A stretch of DNA of 64,000 bases, from assembly GCF_009914755.1 (NCBI RefSeq), contig NC_060929.1. The stretch is one strand, 5' to 3'. A program made the position numbers and the translations under genes. The number at the start of each line of letters is the position of its first letter. Within the stretch, counting starts at the first letter, position 1. Origin of the DNA: the human T2T-CHM13v2.0 reference genome, Homo sapiens. The notes under the pieces were generated by a model, which worked only from the letters and a program-made list of their open reading frames with translations, did no database searches and was not told the DNA's origin. Positions 42,549-64,000 of the stretch are shown here, in pieces.

Positions 42549-44178
42549 AGCCAGGCATGGTGGCTCATACCTGTAATCCCAGTGAGAGGTGACAGTGTGC
42601 TGGCAGCCTTTGCAGCCCTCGCTCGCTCTGGGCACCTCCTCAGCCTTAGTGCCCACTCTGGCCGCACTTGAGGAGCCCTTCAGCCCGCTGCTGCACTGTG
42701 GGAGCCCCTTTCTGGGCTGGCCAAGGCTGGAGCTGGCTCCCTCAGCTTGCGGGGAGGTGTGGAGGGAGAGACACAGGCAGGAACCAGGGCTGCGCCTGGG
42801 CGCTTGCGGGCCAGCGTGAGTTCTGGGTGGGCATGGGCTTGGCGGGCCCCGCACTCGGAGCAGCTGGCTGGCCCGCAAGCCCCAGGCAGTGAGGGGCTTA
42901 GCACCTGGGCCAGCAGCTGCTGTGCTTGATTTCTCGCCAGGCTTTAGCTGCCTCCCTGCAGGGCAGGGCTCAGGACCTGCAGCCCACCATGCCTGAGCGT
43001 CCCCCCACCTGCCATGGGCTCCTGTGCAGCCCAAGCCTCCCCAGCGAGTGCTGCACCCTGCTCCACAGCACCCGGTCCCATCAACCACCTAAGGGCTGAG
43101 GAGTGCGGGCACACTAAGCGGAATGGGCAGGCAGCTCCACCTGCGCCCCCCTGCGGGATCCACTGGGTGAAGCCAGCTGGGCTCCTGAGTCTGGTGGGGA
43201 CTTGGAGAATCTTTATGTCTAGCTAAGGGATTGTAAATACACCAGTCAGCATCCTGTGTCTAGCTCAGGGTTTGTGAATGCACCAATGGGCACTCTGCAT
43301 GTAGTTAATCTGGTGGGGACTTGGAGAACCTTTATGTCTAGCTAAGGGATTGTAAACGCACCAATCAGCACTCTGTATCTAGCTCAAGGTTTGTAAACAC
43401 ACCAATCAGCACCCTGTGGCTAGCTCAGGGTTTGTAAATACACCAATCGACACTCTGTATCTAGCTAATCTAGTGGGGACATGGAGAACTTTTGTGTCTA
43501 GCTCAGGGATTGTAAATGCACCAATCAGCACCCTGTCAAAACGGACCAATCAGCTCTCTGTAAAACAGACCAATCAGCGCTCTGTAAAATGGACCAATCA
43601 GCAGAATGTGGGTGGGGCCAGATAAGAGAATAAAAGCAGGCTGCCCAAGCCAGCAGTGGCAACCTGCTTGGGTGCCCTTCCACACTGTGGAAGCTTTGTT
43701 CTTTCACTGTTTGCAATAAATCTTGCTGCTGCTCACTCTTTGGGTCTATGCTGCATTTATGAGCTGTAACACTCACTGCGAAGGTCTGCAGCTTCACTCC
43801 TGAAGCCAGTGAGACCACAAACCCACCCGGAGAAATGAACAACTCCAGACACACTGCCTCAAGAGCTGTAACACTCACCGCAAAGGTCTGCAGCTTTACT
43901 CCTGAGCCAGGGAGACCACGAACCCACCAGAAGGAAGAAACTCTGAATACATCTGAACATCAGAAGGAACAAACTCCAGACATGCCGCGTTTAAGAACGG
44001 TAACACTCACCGCGAGGGTCTGTGGCTTCATTCTTGAAGTCGGTGAGACCAAGAACCCACCAATTCTGGACACACCACTACTTTGGGAGGCTGAGGCAGA
44101 AGGATTGCTTGAGGCCAGGAGTTCAAGACCAGCCTGGTCAACATAGTGAGACCTCCATCTCTATTAAAAAAAAAAAAA
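42549..44178 (+). mobile_element. FLAM/AluJ left monomer split by LTR12C (42549-42582 and 44075-44178)
   Basis: ..CTGTAATCCCAG | LTR | CCACTACTTTGGGAGGCTGAGG..A tail. Confidence 0.85.
42583..44074 (+). mobile_element. LTR12C (ERV9) solo LTR, ~1.5 kb
   Basis: TGAGAGGTGACAG..CAATTCTGGACACA termini; GC-rich U3; tandem CCAATCAGC/TCTAGCT repeats; GAGAATAAAAGC TATA-like box near 43627; 4-bp flanks CCAG/CCAC. Confidence 0.95.
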
Positions 44179-44237
44179 GTAGCCACTCGATTCTAACAAC
44201 AAGTAAAAAGCTGGATAGACTAAAAGAATAGAGAACT

Positions 44238-50243
<6,006 letters not shown>

Positions 50244-50629
50244 AAACTGTGAACTTTCTCAGTATTTTCCTCCCCCCTTAGTTGTGACAGGGTGACTAGG
50301 GTGGGCTGAAGTTAGGCATTTCCCTTCTCTCAGGCCAGTTAGTCTCTCATAACACCCCAGCAGACTAGGTCCTGATTAAATATATAAAAGCTCAGATCCA
50401 GGAAGCCCAGAGAACACCAAGCAGGATAAATATTTAAAATAAAAAAAAAGACACCCAGACATATTATTTTTAACTACAGAAAGTTAGAGTTAAATAAAAA
50501 ATACTGAAATATGTCAGGTAAAAAAAACACCTTAACTATAGTAGAACAAAGAAAAGAATTATATCAAATTTCTCCTCAGAAACCATGCAAGCAAGAAGAG
50601 AGTGAAATGAAATAATTAAAGTATTGAAG

Positions 50630-50631
<2 letters not shown>

Positions 50632-50671
<40 letters not shown>
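50632..50671. repeat. (AC)20 microsatellite
   Basis: Seen directly. Confidence 0.95.
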
Positions 50672-50673
<2 letters not shown>

Positions 50674-52116
50674 CAACATAGAATTCTCTACCCTGTGAAA
50701 CTATCCTTCAAAAATGAAGGAAGAATAAGGATTTTTTTCAGACAAACAAAAATTGAGGGAATTAGTTGCCAGTAGACCTGCCTTACAGGAAATGTTAAAA
50801 GAAGATTTTTAGAAAGAAGGAAAATTATATAGGTCAGAAACATATATTTACATAAAGAAAGAACATTGGAAAATGAATAAATTTATTTTACTTCGTAAAA
50901 TAAAAAAATGAGCTAACAAAATAATAGCATGATGTATTCAATTATGCATGCTTATGTATATATATTATTTATGCTTATGTATGCTTATATATCAGTGAAA
51001 TGAATAACAACAATGATAGAAGGAAAAGAAGAAAGAAATTATGATTATTTTGTTATTGCAAGGTATTCACATTACCTGTGAAGTGGTATAGTATTATTTC
51101 AAAGTGGACTTCCATTAGTTATAAATGTCAATTACAAATTCTAGGGCAAACACTAAAAAAAGTTATAAGAAGGATAACTGACATGCTAAGAAATTACAAA
51201 AAGATGGAATCATATAAAATGCTCAGTTAAAACCACAAAAGGCAGATAAAGAGGAGAAAAGAGCGAAAGACAAAAAAAGGAAAAAAGAACAAGGGTGGCA
51301 GATAGAAAACAGTAACGAAGGTGGTAGATACTGATTCAACTATGTCAATAATTACTTTGAATGTCAATGGTCGAAATGCACCTAATTAAAAGATAGAGAT
51401 TGTCACAGCAAACCAAAAATCAAGACCCAACTATATGTTGTCTACAAAAAAACCCAGTTTATTTAAAGATAGATAAAAGTAAGAAAATAGAGAAAAATAT
51501 ACCATGCTAACATACTCAAAAGAAAGCGTAAGTGACTATATAAATCTCAGACAAAGCAAAAAAAGTTATCAGAGATAATGACATTATATAATGATAAAAT
51601 GATAAATTCTGTAAAAAGACATAACAATTCTTAACATGTATGTGCCTAACAACAGAATGACAAACTAACTGAGGCTGAAACTAATAGAACTTGCAAGCAG
51701 AAATTAATAAATACACTATTATAGTTGGGGACTTCAACGCCCCTCTGTCAGAAATGGACAGATTCAGCAGGCAGAAAATCAATAAAGACATACTTTAACT
51801 CAACAACGTCATCGATTAACTGGATATAATTGACATCTATAAATTACTTCATCCAACAACAGCAGAATCCACATTCTTCTGAAGCTCACATGGAACATTC
51901 ACCAAGATAGACCACATTCTGGGCTATAAAATACAGCTTAACAAATTAAAAAAATAAAAATTGTTCAATGTCTGCTCTCAGACCACATGTAATTAAACTA
52001 GAAATAAATAACAGAAAGATAACTGAAATATCCCAAAGCATGTGGCAATTAAACACACTTCTAAATAACTAATGGCTCAAAGAAGAAATCTCAAAAGAAA
52101 TATTAAAATATTTTAA

Positions 52117-53128
<1,012 letters not shown>

Positions 53129-53838
53129 ATAGAAACACAATTTATCAAAATATGTGGTATGCAGTAAAATCAGTGCTAAGAGGGAAATGGATAGCATTGA
53201 ATGCATATATTAGAAAAGAAGAAAGATTTAAAATCAATAATACGCTTCCATCTGATGAAACTAGAAAAAGAAGGGCAAATTAAATCCAAACTAAGAAGAA
53301 AAGAAGCAAGAATTAGAGCAGAAATCAATGAAATTAAAACCAGAAAATCAATATAGAATATCAATGAAACCAAAGCTGGTTTATTGAAAAGATCAATAAA
53401 ATTGATAAGCCTCTAGCCAGGCTAATTAAAAAAAAGAGAGAGAGAGAGAAGATGAATTACTAATATCAGAAATGAAAGAGAGGACATCACTACAGATCCT
53501 ATGGACATTAAAAGAATAATAAAGGAATACAAAGAATAACTATAGGCCTACAATTTTGAAAACCTAGATGAAATGGACCAATTCCTTGAAAGATCTGATT
53601 TGCCAAAATTCACACAAGAAGAAATATACAATCGAAATAGGCTTACATCTATTAAAGAAATTAAATCAGTAATTTAATAATCTTCAAAAACAAAGCATCA
53701 GGCCGAGATGGCTTCACTGGTGAATTTACCACACTTTATGGAAGAGATTGTACCAATTCTCTAGTCTTTTTCAGAGGATTAAACAGAGGGAATATTTTCT
53801 AATTCATTCTATGAGGCCAGCATTATCCTCATACTTTA

Positions 53839-54188
53839 TTTTTATTTTTATTTTTATTTATTTTTGCTGGTAACTATCCTTTAATACATTTCTTCAGACA
53901 TATGTATGAATACTTAGATATACAATTTTGAATAAATGAGATATTTTACATGTATTTCATTGAGAATACTTTTTAACCATTTTGTTAAATTGTTTATCCC
54001 TCTCTTCTCCCTCCCTTACACATCCCTCCTTACCATAATTTAAAATATTAGAAAACTGTTTTGGTCACATGAACACCTAGTGTAAAACCCCCTCCAAATC
54101 AACTAATAAAGATATAACACATTCCCTTTAGTGGATGATAAAATTAGCTGAATCATAGTTTGCTTATCTATATACTGAGTGAGGAGCA
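53839..54188 (-). other. L1 3'-transduced unique sequence plus a second poly(A) tail
   Basis: Non-L1 segment 53866-54188 lies between the L1 3' end and a T-rich tail (53839-53865), inside the TSD; minus-strand ATTAAA at 53885-53880. Confidence 0.8.
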
Positions 54189-60646
<6,458 letters not shown>

Positions 60647-61861
60647 TATCCTGATACTTTAATAAGATAAAGACATCACAGGAAAAGAAAACTACAGATC
60701 AATATCTCTCATGAAGATAGATGCACAAATCCTCTAAAATACTAGCAAACCAGATCTAACTGCACATGAAAAATATTATTCCCCATGACCAAGTGGGATT
60801 TATCACAGGTATGTGAAGTTTGTTCATCATTTGAAGATCAATTAATTCAATCCATCACATCTACAGGCTAAAAAAGAAAATTTGCATGATCATATCAATA
60901 GTTGCAGAAAAAGCATTTGACTTCAAAGTTCAAAACCCATTAATGACAAAACCTCTCAGTAAACTAGGAATAGAAGGGAACTTATTCAAATTGATAAAGG
61001 ATATTTACCAAAAACCTACAGTTAACATCATAATTAATAGCAAGAAACTAGAGGCTTTCCCACTAAGACCAGGAACAAGATAAAGATGTCCCGTTACCAT
61101 TCCTTTTCAACATTACACTGGAAATACTAGCTAATGCAACAAGAAAAAGAAATAAAAGGTATACAGATTGCAAAGGAAGAAATGAAACTGTCTCTGTTCA
61201 CAGATTACATGATCGTCTATGCAGAAAATCCAAAAGAGTTGATTTAAAAAAAACCCTAGAACTAATAAGTGATTATAGCAAGGTTGCAGGATACAAGGTT
61301 ATTATACACAACTTAACTCCTTTCCTATATACCAGCTATGAACAGTGGAATTTGAAACTTAATACAATTTACATGTGCACACCAAAAAATTAAATAGGTA
61401 AAAATCTAGCAGAATATGTACAAGATCTATATGAGAAAGCTACAAAACTCTGAGAAATGAAACCATGTTCATGTATAGGAAGACTCAATATTGTCAAAAT
61501 ATCAATTCTTTGAACTTGACCTATAGATATAATGCAATCCAGTCAAAACCCCAGTAAATTTTATCGATGTCCACAAACTGATTCTAAAGTTTATATAAAG
61601 AGGTAAAATACTCAGAATAGCCAACACAATATTGAAGAAGAACAAAGTTGGAGGACTGACACTACCCAACTTCAAGACTTACTATAAAGCTACAGTAATC
61701 AAGACAATGTGATATTGGTAAAAGAATAGACAAATAGATCAATAGAACAGAATAAAGCAGCCTCCCCCCCCAAAAAAATCAAAGACAATACAATGGAGAA
61801 AAGATAGTATTTTCACTCACTATTGGATATGTTATAGTATTTTCACTAACTATTGGATATC

Positions 61862-62008
61862 CAAGCCCACCTGGATAACCCAGGGAAATCTCTCCATGTC
61901 AATAGCCTAATCACATCTGCAAAGACACTTCTTTCTTATAAGGTAACATTTATAGGTTCTTGGGAATAGGGTTTGATGTCTTTCAGTGGCTATTACTCAG
62001 CCTACTAA
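61862..62008 (-). mobile_element. MLT1 LTR fragment
   Basis: GCCCACCTGGATAACCCAGG..TAATCACATCTGCAAAG..AAGGTAACATTTATAGGTTC..CAGCCTACTA. Confidence 0.7.
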
Positions 62009-62124
62009 AAGTAAAAAATGTAACTACTGTGGGCTGGGGTGGTTAAGGAATGTTTCATTGAAGAGTAAAATCTGGCTTTGAGGAATGAACTGGATTTTGC
62101 TGTATTATATTGACAATGGGTTGG

Positions 62125-62685
62125 TGCATTAGTCAGGGTTCTCTAGAGGGACAGAACTAATAGGATTTATGTATATATGAAAGTGAGTTTATTAAGGAGA
62201 ATTGACTCACATGATCATAGGATGAAGTCTCACGATAGGCCATCTGCAAGCTGAGGAACAAGGAAGCCACTAGTAGCTCAGTCCAGGTCCCAAAACCTCA
62301 AAAGTAGGGAAACTGACAGTGCAGCCTTCATTCTGTGGTGGAAAGCGCTCAAGGCCCTGGCAAACCACTGGTGTGAGTCCAAGAGTCCAAAAACCAAAGA
62401 AGCTAAAGTCAGATGTTCAAGGGCAGGAAGCATCCGGCACAGGAGAGAAAGGTGAAGGCCAGAAGACTCAGCAAGTTGACTCATTCCACCTTCTTCCGCC
62501 TGCTTTTTCTAGCCATGCTAGCAGCTGATTGGATGGTACCCACCCACACTGAGGGTGTGTCTGCCTCTCCCTGTCCATTGACTGAAATGTTAATCTCCTC
62601 TGGCAACACCCTCCCAGACACACTCAGGAACAATACTTTGCATCTTTTAATTCAATCAAGTAGACCCTTAATATTAACCATCACA
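62125..62685 (-). mobile_element. MLT2A (A2-like) HERV-L solo LTR
   Basis: ATTAGTCAGGGTTCTCTAGAGGGACAGAACTAATAGGA..AATATTAACCATCACA; flanks GTTGG/ATTGG. Confidence 0.9.
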
Positions 62686-62700
62686 ATTGGTGTTAGCAAT

Positions 62701-63523
<823 letters not shown>

Positions 63524-63614
63524 ATAATCTATTGGGGAATACCTTTGTTCTGCTTGATTTGTATCTGGATAGAGGTCAAGTGTGCAGAGGGAAAGAAAGA
63601 TTTAAAAAAATTGG

Positions 63615-63755
63615 CTTAAGGCCAGAATGTGGAAGGCCCTGAATTTTGTGATTAAGAGTTTGAGCCTGATAGACAGTGGGATACCACTGAAGGACTGAAG
63701 CAGTGAAGTCATGTGTGCCAGTATTGCTTTAGGAAAATCAAACTGGCAATAATTT
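63615..63755 (-). mobile_element. L2 fragment
   Basis: GGCCAGAATGTGGAAGGCCCT..CCACTGAAGG..GCTTTAGGAAAATC. Confidence 0.55.
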
Positions 63756-63759
63756 ATAG

Positions 63760-64000
63760 CAGCAATGCCCAATATTTTTGGCACCAGGGACTGGTTTTGT
63801 AGGAGACAATTTTTCCACAGACTGGGGAGGATGGTGTCAGAGGCATTAGATTCTCTTAAGGAGCATGCAACTTAGATCCCTTGTATGCACAGTTCATAAT
63901 AGGGTTCGTGCTCCTATGAGAACCTAATGCCATGGCTGATCTGACAGGAGGAAGGTCTTAGGCCACAATGCTCCCTCACCCACTGCTCACCCCCTGCTGT
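63760..64000. mobile_element. MER1 (hAT-Charlie), cut by the window edge
   Basis: TTTTTGGCACCAGGGACTGGTTTTGT..GGCATTAGATTCTC..GCTCCTATGAGAACCTAATGCC. Confidence 0.85.

Noticed and set aside
42405-43088. 227-aa GC-rich ORF
   Set aside because: Antisense reading of the LTR12C U3 region; stop-poor because of its composition.
43180-43600. Regularly spaced repeats resembling a CRISPR array
   Set aside because: These are the known internal tandem repeats of LTR12; the spacers are not unique, no cas genes are present, and the context is eukaryotic.

Overview
Primate genomic DNA, most likely human or another ape, judged from AluY, L1PA3-type and LTR12C elements. I recognise no protein-coding gene. 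The window is mostly transposable elements, and every long ORF in the track is a LINE-1 ORF1/ORF2 remnant, an antisense L1 ORF, or Alu/LTR-derived. Layout: (1) a ~9.5 kb composite L1PA block at 5159-14703; (2) a repeat-poorer middle region (~21-35 kb) containing a CCAAT-rich candidate minus-strand promoter with a first exon near 25.5 kb and several enhancer-like islands; (3) an Alu/LTR/L1M patchwork at 35-44 kb with a solo LTR12C; (4) an ~18 kb nest of L1s at 44-62 kb; (5) MLT2A, MER31-like and MER1 elements at the end. The best-supported unusual structures are a full-length minus-strand L1PA5/6 carrying a ~320-bp 3' transduction inside its target-site duplication (TSD), a chimeric L1 with two 5' UTRs and one 3' end inside a single TSD, a tailless 35-nt U2 retrocopy, a zero-spacer head-to-head Alu fusion, and an MLT2A LTR with an optimal DUX4 motif. 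Subfamily calls come from recalled consensus sequences and are approximate; the boundaries of old elements are also approximate. I found no evidence for a new multi-gene system.
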